DNA of 64,000 nt from Planctomycetota bacterium (GTDB lineage: Bacteria > Planctomycetota > B15-G4). Both the position numbers and the translations under genes were made by a program. Location of the stretch: positions 1,632,001 to 1,696,000 of the forward strand of contig CBDFJQ010000002.1 of the NCBI GenBank assembly GCA_965248575.1, read 5' to 3'. Shown here one piece after another: positions 27,840 through 37,567 of this stretch (positions are counted from its first letter, which is position 1; every line of letters starts with the position of its first letter). The notes under the pieces are model-generated. The model saw only the letters and a program-made list of their open reading frames with translations, ran no database searches and was not told where the DNA came from.

Positions 27840-28793
27840 ATGACGCACGTCGTCCTGCTTGGGCCCCAACGGCATCACCCCAACGTGCGCGCCACCCTCG
27901 ACCAGTTGGGGGTGGACGGCCCGATCGCCGTGGTGACGGCCGGGTGGGAGGAACGGGAATCCGAGCTGGACGACCTGGCGGAGCACCTCAAGTGCGACAC
28001 GCACAACCTGCGGCTCTACGCCCGGGCGGAGACAGCGCTGGAACAGGACCAGGAACTCTTCCAGGCCAGGAGCGAGCTGAACGATGAGTTGCGCTCGCTG
28101 CAATCGTGGTACCGGCTTCGGCTGGCCCACGCCATGAGCGCGGTGCGCGAGTTGGACCTCCAAGGCCAGCAAGACGAGCTGTCCCCTGCCCACCTTCAGC
28201 GGGAGCTCAGCGAAGAACTGGAGCATGCCCTCGGGGCCGTCCATGTGCTGGATCAACACCATCGTCGGCGCACGGATGACGTGCTCAACACCTTTGATGA
28301 ACACATGAAGCCCACCGAGCGCGAGTCCATTGCCAAGCTGCGCGCCAAGATCCGCCGCACCCTCTCGCGCTGCGCCGCCGTGACCATCGCCGGCGGCCAT
28401 GTCGCTGTCCTGCTGGGTCGCATGCGCCTCTTCGTCTTGCACGAACTCCTGGGCGAGCTGCCGGTGGTGGCGTGGTCAGCGGGTGCCATGGCCGTCACGG
28501 AGCAGGTGGTGTTGTTCCACGACAGCCCTCCTCAAGGGCGAGGCGATCCGGAAGTCCTCACGGGTGGGCTTGGACTGTGCCCGAACCTCGTGGCCCTGCC
28601 CCACGCTCGCCAACGCCTGCTCCTGGACGACGAGCAACGGGTGAGCATCATGAGCCGACGCTTCGCGCCCGCGTCTTGCATCGCGCTCGATGAAGGCTCC
28701 CGGGCAGCCTGGGACGGCAAGGCCTGGACGCTGGGCGCAGGCACGCAACGGCTGGGCAAAGACGGCAGCCTCCAGAACGGGAGTGGGTCGTGA
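27840..28793 (+). CDS. Peptidase S51/cyanophycinase-like (class I GATase fold) serine hydrolase
   Basis: IAVVTAG, IAGGH, nucleophile elbow AWSAGA, LPH, ALDEG (putative Ser-His-Glu triad). Confidence 0.7.
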   Translation: MTHVVLLGPQRHHPNVRATLDQLGVDGPIAVVTAGWEERESELDDLAEHLKCDTHNLRLYARAETALEQDQELFQARSELNDELRSLQSWYRLRLAHAMSAVRELDLQGQQDELSPAHLQRELSEELEHALGAVHVLDQHHRRRTDDVLNTFDEHMKPTERESIAKLRAKIRRTLSRCAAVTIAGGHVAVLLGRMRLFVLHELLGELPVVAWSAGAMAVTEQVVLFHDSPPQGRGDPEVLTGGLGLCPNLVALPHARQRLLLDDEQRVSIMSRRFAPASCIALDEGSRAAWDGKAWTLGAGTQRLGKDGSLQNGSGS

Positions 28794-29929
28794 ACACCAC
28801 CCTTCAAGCCCTGCTCCAGGACGGCCCGCCCTCCAGCGAGGCGATCACCAATTTCCTGGAGCAGCACAGCTTCCCCTTGGTGGACGGCCCGCTCGTCACC
28901 TTCGTGTACCGCGGAGACGTCAAGGCCGTGGAGTTGCAGCATTGGATCTTCGGTCTGGAATCCAGTCAGGCCTTCCAGCGCGTGGATGGAACCGATTTCT
29001 GGCATCTGGAAACGGAGATCCCGCCCGAGTCGCGCGTGGAATACAAGCTGATCCTCGAGCACGCCAATGGCGACATGGAGCTCATCCGGGACCCGCTCAA
29101 TGGGGCCGTCGCCCATGACCCCTTTGGCAGCAACTCCGTCTGCGCCGGTGAAGGTTACGAGCGGCCAGACTGGACCCTGCCCGACGAGGACGCGCGCCCG
29201 GGCAGCCTGGAACACCGGCGGATCCAGAGTGCAGCCTTCGGCAATCGGCGTGAGGTCACGGTCTACCTGCCGGCGCGCTATCGCAGGACGCGTCGTTATC
29301 CGCTGCTCGTGGTGCATGACGGTGCCGACTACATGGTCTTCAGCGCGCTCAAGACCGTCCTGGACAACCTGATCCACCGGCTTGAGATCCCGCCGATGGT
29401 CGTGGCCCTGACGGAGTCGGGCGATCGACTGCGGGAGTATGCCGACGATCCGCGCCAAGCCCAGTTCACCGTGGAGGAGTTGGTCCCGGCCCTCGAGCAA
29501 CGCTACTCCCTGGTGGGCCGCCCGGATGCACGCGCGCTGATGGGCGCGAGCTTCGGCGGCGTGGCCTCCCTCTCCACGGCCTGGCGCCACCCCGGCTTCT
29601 TCGGTCGCCTGCTGCTTCAGTCAGGCTCCTTCGCGTTTACGGACATCGGGACGAACCCCCGAGGGCCTGCCTTCGAGCCTGTCGTGCGCTTCATGAACGA
29701 ATTCCGCAAGGCACCGGGTCGCCCGGCAGAGCGTATCTTCCTCAGCTGCGGCACCTACGAATCGCTCATCTACGAGAACCGCTCGCTCGTCCCGCGCCTG
29801 CAGCAGGCGGGTATGACCGTCCGCTTCGTGGAAGCCAGGGACGGCCACAACTGGGAAAACTGGCGGGACCGGCTTCGGGTTGGCCTGTGTTGGCTCTTCC
29901 CGGGACCACTCTGGATGGTTTATGAATAG
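28790..29929 (+). CDS. Fes-like alpha/beta-hydrolase esterase with N-terminal CBM48/E-set-like domain
   Basis: VTFVYRG...W...EYKL...DPLN N-domain; VYLP, YPLLVVHDG, GASFGG, DGHNW; GTGA overlap with upstream gene. Confidence 0.85.
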   Translation: MNTTLQALLQDGPPSSEAITNFLEQHSFPLVDGPLVTFVYRGDVKAVELQHWIFGLESSQAFQRVDGTDFWHLETEIPPESRVEYKLILEHANGDMELIRDPLNGAVAHDPFGSNSVCAGEGYERPDWTLPDEDARPGSLEHRRIQSAAFGNRREVTVYLPARYRRTRRYPLLVVHDGADYMVFSALKTVLDNLIHRLEIPPMVVALTESGDRLREYADDPRQAQFTVEELVPALEQRYSLVGRPDARALMGASFGGVASLSTAWRHPGFFGRLLLQSGSFAFTDIGTNPRGPAFEPVVRFMNEFRKAPGRPAERIFLSCGTYESLIYENRSLVPRLQQAGMTVRFVEARDGHNWENWRDRLRVGLCWLFPGPLWMVYE

Positions 29930-29978
29930 GCCGCACGCGCCGGGCACGCGTCCGGCGTGACACTTTTCGGAGGATTTC

Positions 29979-31247
29979 GTGGCCGACATCACGCGACGCA
30001 TTGGACTCTCGTTGGGCGCCGATCTGTGCTGGCCCCTGTGTTACGAGGAAATCGTCCGACGCCTCGACCTTGCCCTCCCCATGGGCAAGGACACCGTGCG
30101 CTTTGAGGTGGAGCGTGTCGGGATCGAGCCCTACGACTTGCAGGGCAAGACGCCCTATGACGTCGTGCTGGACCGGGTCACGCACTGGTACCCCACGACG
30201 CGCGAGTGGCTCAAGAAGGCGCTGCTCATGGACGGCACCTACGTGCTGAACAACCCATGGTCCCTGCAGTCCATGGAGAAGCAGACGACCTACTGCGCCA
30301 TGATGCGCCTCGGTCTGCCAGTACCCGAAACCTGGATGGTCCCGCCCAAGGAATACGAGGAGGACCTCCAGGACCTGCAGCCCACGCTGCAACGCTACGC
30401 CCGCATGTTCGACCTGGGCAAAGTGGGCAAGACGTTGGGCTACCCCATGTTCATGAAGCCCTACGACGGCGGAGCATGGAAGGGCGTCAGCCGCATCGAC
30501 GACGAGCAGCAACTGCGCGACGCGTACGAGAAGAGCGGGCGGCTGGTCATGCACCTGCAGAAGGCGGCCGAGCCCTTCGACTACTTCGCGCGCTGCGTGG
30601 GTGTCGGCGCCCAGGTGCGCATCGTCCAGTACGACCCCAGCGCGCCGCTGCATGATCGCTACATGGTGGAGTCGGGTGAGCTGAACAAGGAGGACCAACG
30701 CCTGCTCGAGAACATGACGCTCACCATCAACACGTTCTTCGGCTGGGACTTCAACTCGTGCGAAGCCCTGCGCAGTGGCGACACCTGGCATCCCATCGAC
30801 TTCGCAAACGCCTGCCCCGACAGCCAGGTGACCTCCTTGCACTACCACTTCCCGTGGTTGGTGGCCGCGAAGGTCAAGTGGTCGCTGTTCTGTGCGGCGA
30901 CGAAGCGCCCATGCCCCCTGACGCTCGATTGGCAGCCCTACTTCGACGTTGCCGACAAGAACCCCGACATGCCCTTGAAGGAGCGGCTGGAAGCCTACGG
31001 CAACATCGCCCGGGAGCGCCTTCAGTCCGAGCAGTTCGAGGCCTTCTGCGACAAGCACCTGTCTGGCTTGGATGCGGTCATCCAGGACTACTTCGCGTCC
31101 ACCCACGCCCAGGACGCCATCCGCCAGAAGGTGGAGGCCTTGTTCCCCGAGCATGAGGTGGACTCCTTCTCCGATCTCTTCTGGCAGCGGGTGCAGCATT
31201 GGCGCACCCGAGAAGGAGGCGCGCCGGAAACCCCGGCGACCACCTGA
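29979..31247 (+). CDS. RimK-like ATP-grasp protein (D)
   Basis: DVVLDR, VLNNP...EKQ, GLPVPET, GYPMFMKPYDGGAWKGV, DFNSCE, IDFANACPD. Confidence 0.8.
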   Translation: MADITRRIGLSLGADLCWPLCYEEIVRRLDLALPMGKDTVRFEVERVGIEPYDLQGKTPYDVVLDRVTHWYPTTREWLKKALLMDGTYVLNNPWSLQSMEKQTTYCAMMRLGLPVPETWMVPPKEYEEDLQDLQPTLQRYARMFDLGKVGKTLGYPMFMKPYDGGAWKGVSRIDDEQQLRDAYEKSGRLVMHLQKAAEPFDYFARCVGVGAQVRIVQYDPSAPLHDRYMVESGELNKEDQRLLENMTLTINTFFGWDFNSCEALRSGDTWHPIDFANACPDSQVTSLHYHFPWLVAAKVKWSLFCAATKRPCPLTLDWQPYFDVADKNPDMPLKERLEAYGNIARERLQSEQFEAFCDKHLSGLDAVIQDYFASTHAQDAIRQKVEALFPEHEVDSFSDLFWQRVQHWRTREGGAPETPATT

Positions 31248-31318
31248 GGCTTTCCCGCCTGCTCCTCCGCCTGCCCTGCCCAAACCCTCACTCCCCAACT
31301 CAGCAGAGACGCATCACC

Positions 31319-32056
31319 GTGAAGGAAACCGCAACCTGGTACTCCGAGCGCCTGGAGTCCGACATCAAGTTGGTCCGTTGGGGCACCTTTGGCACGCCCG
31401 TCTTGCTGTACCCCACGGCAGGCGGCGACGCCGAAGAGATCGAGCGCATGCTGATGATCCGCGTGCTGGAGCCCATGCTCTCCGCGGGCCGCATCAAGAT
31501 CTATTCCCTCGACAGCCTCGCGGCCAGGGCTTGGGGCGACACCTCCACGACCGCTCAGCACGCCACCTGGCTACAGAATCAGTTCGACGCCTGCGTCTAC
31601 AACGAGGTCGTGCCCACCATCCGTCGTGACTGCGAAGACGAGGAGGTCGAGATCATCGTGGCCGGCGCCTCCATTGGGGCCTTCAATGCCATGGCCTCCA
31701 TCTGTCGCCATCCCGATGTGTTCAGCCGCGCCATCTGCATGAGTGGCACCTACGACATCAACCGCTTCGTGAAGGGCATTGACCCCTCCCAGAAGGACCC
31801 CAACTTCTACTTCTCCTCGCCGCTGCACTTCCTGCCGAACCTGCCCGACGGCGAGCAGCTGGAAAAACTCCGCACGCGCCACGTTCTGATGTGTCACGGC
31901 GGCGGGCGCTGGGAAGACCCCGAGCAGGACTGGACCATGGCGCGCGTGTTGGGCGCCCAGGGTGTGCCCAACCGTGTCGACCCCTGGGGCGAGGACTACG
32001 ATCACGATTGGCCCACGTGGCGCGCCATGTTGCCCAAGTACCTGGCCGAGATCTGA
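31319..32056 (+). CDS. Esterase-family alpha/beta hydrolase
   Basis: GTG start; WYSERL, GTPVLLYPT, GASIGA nucleophile, MSGTYD, WGEDYDHDWPTW. Confidence 0.85.
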   Translation: MKETATWYSERLESDIKLVRWGTFGTPVLLYPTAGGDAEEIERMLMIRVLEPMLSAGRIKIYSLDSLAARAWGDTSTTAQHATWLQNQFDACVYNEVVPTIRRDCEDEEVEIIVAGASIGAFNAMASICRHPDVFSRAICMSGTYDINRFVKGIDPSQKDPNFYFSSPLHFLPNLPDGEQLEKLRTRHVLMCHGGGRWEDPEQDWTMARVLGAQGVPNRVDPWGEDYDHDWPTWRAMLPKYLAEI

Positions 32057-32112
32057 GGCCGATCGGTATTTCGTGCCCGGGCCTGTGGCAAGACCGACGG
32101 CCAGACGAACAG

Positions 32113-33018
32113 CTAGCCCAGGAGCTGGGCCAGGGCCGCGTCCAATTCCCCGTAGCGGAAGGCGCAACCGGCCTCCAGGGACCGCTTCGGTAGCGCGCAC
32201 TGGCCCGTCAGGAGGACATAGGCCACCTCACCCAGCAGCAGCTTCATGGCGAAACCCGGCGCCGGGAGCACCGCGGGTCGATGCAGCTGCCGACCCAGCG
32301 CCTTGGCAAAGTCCGTCATGCGCACCGGGTTCGGGGCGGTGCCGTTGAAGGCACCGGTGGCTTCTTCATGCTCGAGCAGGTGCACGAAGAGAGCGCACAG
32401 GTCGTCGAGGTGCACCCAGCTCATCCACTGTCGGCCCGAACCCATGGGGCCGCCCAGGCCGAGCTTGAAGGGCAGCAGCATCTTCGCCAGGGCGCCGCCG
32501 CCCTGGCCCAACACGACACCGATTCGCACGCTGGCTGTGGAGATGCCCGCCTGACGTGCAGGTTCCGCGGCAGCCTCCCATTGCTGGCACAGCCGCGCCA
32601 GGAAGTCGGCGCCAGTGGGGGATTCTTCGTTCAGGTCGTCGCCATCCGACGCTCCGTAGTACCCCACGGCGGACGCCGTGATGAAGCGGCGCACGCCGCC
32701 GGGAGCCTTTCCCTCCGCGGTCCCTGCCCTCTCGCGAGTCGCGGCAGCCAGCTGCGCGAGGCGTCGCGTCGTGTCGAGGCGGCTTTCGGTCATCACCTGC
32801 TTGTAGGTCGGCGACCAACGCTTGTCGAAGATGCCTGCACCCGCCAGGTGAAGGATGGCGTCCGCCCCCTTCACCCCCGCGGCGAGGCTTTCATCCGACC
32901 AGTCGTGGTCACCCGAGGGCCCGCGACTCACCGTCGAGACCTGATGCCCCGCCTCACGCAGGAGAACAGCCAATCGTGAACCCACGAAGCCCGTCGCTCC
33001 CGTCAGCAAGACGTTCAT
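32113..33018 (-). CDS. TIGR01777-family NAD-dependent epimerase/oxidoreductase
   Basis: TGATGFVG, HLAG, SAVGYYG, FLARLCQQWE, GSGRQWMSWVH, N.TAPNPV. Confidence 0.92.
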   Translation of the reverse strand: MNVLLTGATGFVGSRLAVLLREAGHQVSTVSRGPSGDHDWSDESLAAGVKGADAILHLAGAGIFDKRWSPTYKQVMTESRLDTTRRLAQLAAATRERAGTAEGKAPGGVRRFITASAVGYYGASDGDDLNEESPTGADFLARLCQQWEAAAEPARQAGISTASVRIGVVLGQGGGALAKMLLPFKLGLGGPMGSGRQWMSWVHLDDLCALFVHLLEHEEATGAFNGTAPNPVRMTDFAKALGRQLHRPAVLPAPGFAMKLLLGEVAYVLLTGQCALPKRSLEAGCAFRYGELDAALAQLLG

Positions 33019-33572
33019 TCAGTACGACTCCGACTGGTCCGTCTGCGGGACTTGGCCACCAGGACCTTGAGCCCCAAGCGCTGCAGCACACCGCCCTTCA
33101 GGAACTGGTCGGCCAACTCATCCACCAGCGCCACGAGGCCTTCGATGGACTCCAGACGTTCCTTCAGCACCGCGCCCTCGCGCGAGCGATCCCCGCGCAG
33201 CTCGGGAATCCATTCGTGCAGTCGCTCCAGGATCGGGTCCCACTCACGGCGCTTTCGGGTCGCCACGATGTTGCGCACCGCGCGTTCCAGATTCGTCTCC
33301 GGGACATACTCGACCCGGCGACCTCCCGGCACCTTCTGGGCCTCCACGAGGTTCCAGTCCTGGAGTTCGCGACAGGCCATGCTCACGGCGCCTCGACTCA
33401 TGTCGAGACCCATGCGGATGGTCTCCGCGTCCTGCGGGTCCGCCTGGGTCAACAGCCAGCCGTAGACGCGCCCTGTGGCAGGGGACACACCCCAGAAGGA
33501 CCCCATCCGGCCCCAAAGGCCCACAAGGTCTTCACGAATGTGCTCCCTGGTACGTTCCCTTTGTTCGACCAT
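33015..33572 (-). CDS. GbsR/MarR-family transcriptional regulator
   Basis: WGRMGSFWG...GRVYGWL, MSRGAVSMACREL.DW.LV, RKRRE.DP; ATGA overlap with downstream gene. Confidence 0.85.
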   Translation of the reverse strand: MVEQRERTREHIREDLVGLWGRMGSFWGVSPATGRVYGWLLTQADPQDAETIRMGLDMSRGAVSMACRELQDWNLVEAQKVPGGRRVEYVPETNLERAVRNIVATRKRREWDPILERLHEWIPELRGDRSREGAVLKERLESIEGLVALVDELADQFLKGGVLQRLGLKVLVAKSRRRTSRSRTE

Positions 33573-33631
33573 GGCGCGAAGCCTAACAACGGGCGCCTGA
33601 ACTTTCAATCTTTCGTGAAACTACACAGCCC

Positions 33632-34843
33632 GTGAGCACCGCGACAATCATCGCCTTGACGTTGCTGACCATGGTCAATCTCGTCGTGGCCCTGCGCGCC
33701 CTGAGCCGTACGAATTCGAACGCCCACAGAAGGCGCGACAAGCCCTCTGGCGGACCGGCCGTCGCGAAACCCACAGCAACTTCGGACGCGCTCCCTGCCC
33801 TGGATCTGGGCGTCGTCGCCCGGGCTGCCGTGCGTGTCGCCACGGCCACACTCGTCGAGGTCGTTCTGGGCATGCTGCTGCTGAACCTCAGCTTCTTTGG
33901 CGTGGCGCACATCGCCTGGCTCGACCTCTCCGTTGTGGTTCCCGTGGCTGCTGGATACACGCTCCTGGGCCGCCCATCCGGGCGCCGCCTGACCCCTTGG
34001 GCTCGCGCTGCAGCGCTGCTAGGTCTGGGGATGATCCCCATCGCCATCAAGGCTCTCGTGTTGGACCCCTACGACCTGCAGGTGGAACACACCGTGGTGT
34101 CCCTTCCTGCAGAGAGGGACGGTGCCGACAGCTTCACTGTGGGCGTGTTGGCCGATCTCCAAGCCACGCGCATCGGTGAACACGAACGGGAGTCCGTGCG
34201 CCTGCTCATGGCGGAAGCGCCCGATCTGATTCTCATCCCCGGCGATCTCTTCCAGGGGCCCAGCTCCGAATTCGAGCAGCAGCTCCCACACTTCCAGGAG
34301 TTGCTCCGACAGCTTGACGCACCGGGCGGCGTGTGGGTCGTCTCCGGCAACTCGGACTACCTGGATGGACTCCCGCGCCTGCTGGAAGGGAGTTCAGCTC
34401 GGTTGCTTGACGACGAGGTGGTGCACGTCCAGATCCGTGACCGGCGAGTGGCCCTCTTCGGTGCAGCCGAACGGGGCAGGCGGGGCTTCCAACAGAAGCT
34501 CCAACAACTCACGCGCTTCCAATCGAATTTCGACGACGGTGAGGTGCGCATCGTGTTCAGCCACCGCCCCGGTCTGGTCAACGCCCTGGCGCCTGACTCC
34601 CGGGTCGACCTGCTCGTCGCGGGACACACCCATGGTGGTCAGGTTTCGTTCCCGTTCATCGGGCCTCCGATCGTCTTGAGCCCTCTGCCGCGCAAGATCG
34701 CAGCGGGAGGTCTCCACACCTTCAACGGAAACCGTCTCTATGTGAGCCGCGGTGTGGGCATGGAGCGTCTGCAGGCGCCTCGCGTTCGCTTTGGCGTCCT
34801 GCCCGAAGTCAGCGTGCTGCACTTCCAGAGCCCGCCCCGCTGA
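33632..34843 (+). CDS. Membrane-anchored calcineurin-like metallophosphoesterase (paralogue 1)
   Basis: N-terminal TM helices; ADLQ, PGDL, GNSD, SHRP, AGHTHGGQV, YVSRGVG. Confidence 0.85.
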   Translation: MSTATIIALTLLTMVNLVVALRALSRTNSNAHRRRDKPSGGPAVAKPTATSDALPALDLGVVARAAVRVATATLVEVVLGMLLLNLSFFGVAHIAWLDLSVVVPVAAGYTLLGRPSGRRLTPWARAAALLGLGMIPIAIKALVLDPYDLQVEHTVVSLPAERDGADSFTVGVLADLQATRIGEHERESVRLLMAEAPDLILIPGDLFQGPSSEFEQQLPHFQELLRQLDAPGGVWVVSGNSDYLDGLPRLLEGSSARLLDDEVVHVQIRDRRVALFGAAERGRRGFQQKLQQLTRFQSNFDDGEVRIVFSHRPGLVNALAPDSRVDLLVAGHTHGGQVSFPFIGPPIVLSPLPRKIAAGGLHTFNGNRLYVSRGVGMERLQAPRVRFGVLPEVSVLHFQSPPR

Positions 34844-34900
34844 GCAGCAGCGCGAGGCCTTGGCCATGCTTGGCCAGGCCGACACAAGCCGCTGGCTGGC

Positions 34901-37390
34901 CTAGGAATCCGTGCTGGGACCGTCTCCCGCCCGACAGAAGTCACGCCCCACGAGTGGCGTGACGAGGGCGGGCAGCAGAATCAGGCTCGATGCCAGGGAG
35001 ACGAGCAGGGCCGCAGAGGCGAGCAGACCGAAGTCGGCCACAGGAGGAAAGCGCGAGAAGGTCAGGATCGACAACCCCGCCACGAGCATTCCCGTGGTGC
35101 AGATCATGGGCTTGAGCTTGTGCCCCATGGTGCGTGCCACGGCCCCTTTCATCCCCAACGTGCTCCGGCTTTCGCGACGATAGGTGCCTAGCCAATGGAT
35201 GGAGTCATCGACAGCAATCCCCAACACCACCGCCGAGACCATCACGGTGATGGAGTTGAGCGGCAGATCAGCCCAGCTCATGAGCCCACCCACCACGGCC
35301 AGCGCGGGAACGTTCACCAGCACGCTCAAGACGGCGGCCCGCCAGGACCACCACAGCAAGGCCACGGCCAGGAAGATGGCCAGGACGCACAGCCCCAAGC
35401 TCTGGAGTTGGCTCTCCACCAAGCGCCGGTCTGCTTCCAAGATGTCATGGATGCCGCGCTGCACGTCGAGGCTGACCCCCTCAGGACACTCCTCCTCCGC
35501 GAAGGCCATGAACGTTTCGAGCAGGGCAAGGTACTCGGGCCCGGGCATGTCGTGGGTGCGGATCACCACCGCCGTGCGCTTGCCGTCGGCGTCCAGGAAG
35601 TTGTCGAGCAAGCTCCACTTGAGGCTTCGCAAGCCGCCCGTAAACAACTGTGACAAGAGCGGCGTCGCCGGCAGTTTCAACTCCGCAGACTCATCACCCG
35701 TCCACACCTGGTTCACCAACCCCATGATCAACGCATAGCTGTAGACGTTGGTGACGCCCGGCTGCTCTTCGGCGAAATGACGCAGGTCTTCCAGGAACTG
35801 CAGGGTCTCGGGTGCGGCGGCACCGCCAGCCGTGCCGCACGCCAGCTCCAGGTGGAACACGTGCACGCCGCCCAGGTGTTCGTCCAGGCGGGCGAGGCCC
35901 TGACGCCCTGGGCTGTCGGGGTTCAGGAACTCCGTGGCGCGGACGTCCGTGCGCAGATTCAGGACACCTGGCAGGCAGATCACGACCAGCGAGAGGGACG
36001 CTGCGCTCAACCAGAGTCGCTGTCGTCCTGCCCACCTGACGAAGTTCGTCATCGCCGCGCTCGCGTCGCACGGCGGCGCCGGGCTCAGCGTCCGATCGGC
36101 GCCCCGATCTGCCGATCGCGCCAGGAGCCAGAGCGGAAGGAAGGTGACGAGGCTGACAGCGACCACCGCCCAGGCCCCCAGGCCGCCGAACTCGCGCACG
36201 ATGTCCACGTCGCAGACGAGCAGTGACAGCAGGCCGATGGCCGAAGTCGCCAAGGCGATTCCCGACGGACGCGACACGAGCTGCAACGCCCGTGCAGCCG
36301 CCTGGCGGGCGTTTCCCGCACCACGGCCTGCGCCAGGCCGCACCGCGTGGTCGGGCTCCTGGGCCGCCGCCATGGCTGATTCCCGCAGGGCGCGCTGAAA
36401 TGCCGACACGAAGTGGGTCAGGATGCTGAGTTGCAAGCCCGCAATCAGCGGGATCAACATGGCGGTGTAGACGTTGAGTGAGGCACCCGTGAGGCGCAGC
36501 ACGAGCGGCAGTGCCGCCAAGCCGGCGGCCATGAACGCCAGCACCGCGCCCAGCAGCGCCAAGGAGCGAAAGCTCAGCAACAAGATCACGGCGGCGCCTG
36601 CCGCAGCAGAGCCCGCGAAGGCCCGCACGTCCTCGCGCACCGTCTCACGCACCTCCGCCTCGATGAACGGGAATCCGAGGACGTGGACCTCCTGCACCGC
36701 CTCGGCCAGCAACGATTCGTCGATCACCGCCTGGACGTCTGACTTCAGCGCTGCCACCTGTGCGGGCTGTGCGAGCTCACGCTCCAGAGTGAGCATGACC
36801 AACGCCCAGCTTCCGTCGCGTGAGATGAACAGGTCCCGAGCGAGGGGATAGGCCGTGACGAAGCGTCGCACCTCGGCCCAGCCGGCCTCCGGGATGGGCT
36901 CCAGGGGCACCATCGGCTTGAGCCCGATGAGCTCGCGCGGGTCCAGGCTGAAGCCCTGCTTGCGGACGGGCCGCCAGCTATGGGTCAGGCTCTTGATGTC
37001 CGTGACCCCAGGCAAGGTCGAAAGCCGTTCGCCCAGCCCACGGATGCGCGCGATACCCTCATTGCTCAGCAGGGCTTCGTCGCGGAGCAAGACACAGACC
37101 ATCGTCTGGCCGCCCAACATGGCCTGCACACGCTCATAGGCCGCCCCCGCTCGCTCGTCGCCGGACAGCAGCACCTCGGTCGAAGTGTCCAGTTCGAGGG
37201 GGTTCATGGCCCCCTGGCCAGCTTCCCCCGAGGGCGTCCAAGAGAAGAGGCCGCGGAGACCCAGTGGGGCCGCCACCGCCACGAGCGTGAGCAGCCCGGT
37301 GATGAGCAACGCTCGCTGGGCCCGTTTCACAGGAACCGTTTGCTCGAGGGCAGTCTTCATCCGATCGGCCTTCATCAGGTCATGGTCCAT
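34901..37390 (-). CDS. MMPL/RND-family transporter
   Basis: Two TM-repeat halves with periplasmic loops; LGIAVDDSIH in second half; start could be 37390, 37375 or 37360. Confidence 0.85.
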   Translation of the reverse strand: MDHDLMKADRMKTALEQTVPVKRAQRALLITGLLTLVAVAAPLGLRGLFSWTPSGEAGQGAMNPLELDTSTEVLLSGDERAGAAYERVQAMLGGQTMVCVLLRDEALLSNEGIARIRGLGERLSTLPGVTDIKSLTHSWRPVRKQGFSLDPRELIGLKPMVPLEPIPEAGWAEVRRFVTAYPLARDLFISRDGSWALVMLTLERELAQPAQVAALKSDVQAVIDESLLAEAVQEVHVLGFPFIEAEVRETVREDVRAFAGSAAAGAAVILLLSFRSLALLGAVLAFMAAGLAALPLVLRLTGASLNVYTAMLIPLIAGLQLSILTHFVSAFQRALRESAMAAAQEPDHAVRPGAGRGAGNARQAAARALQLVSRPSGIALATSAIGLLSLLVCDVDIVREFGGLGAWAVVAVSLVTFLPLWLLARSADRGADRTLSPAPPCDASAAMTNFVRWAGRQRLWLSAASLSLVVICLPGVLNLRTDVRATEFLNPDSPGRQGLARLDEHLGGVHVFHLELACGTAGGAAAPETLQFLEDLRHFAEEQPGVTNVYSYALIMGLVNQVWTGDESAELKLPATPLLSQLFTGGLRSLKWSLLDNFLDADGKRTAVVIRTHDMPGPEYLALLETFMAFAEEECPEGVSLDVQRGIHDILEADRRLVESQLQSLGLCVLAIFLAVALLWWSWRAAVLSVLVNVPALAVVGGLMSWADLPLNSITVMVSAVVLGIAVDDSIHWLGTYRRESRSTLGMKGAVARTMGHKLKPMICTTGMLVAGLSILTFSRFPPVADFGLLASAALLVSLASSLILLPALVTPLVGRDFCRAGDGPSTDS

Positions 37391-37567
37391 CAGTCCTGGG
37401 AAGATCGGCGTGCGGCATCTCCATGACCTCGGCGCCAGCATGCGAAGCTGGCGTCGGGCCGGCTCCTGCGCAACTCTGAGTGACGGCACCCGTTCAAGCA
37501 ACGCTGGGCATGGCTTCCGTTCTCCCAGCAGCTTCCATCACCAGCGCCCTTTCCTGCGGATCCTCCT

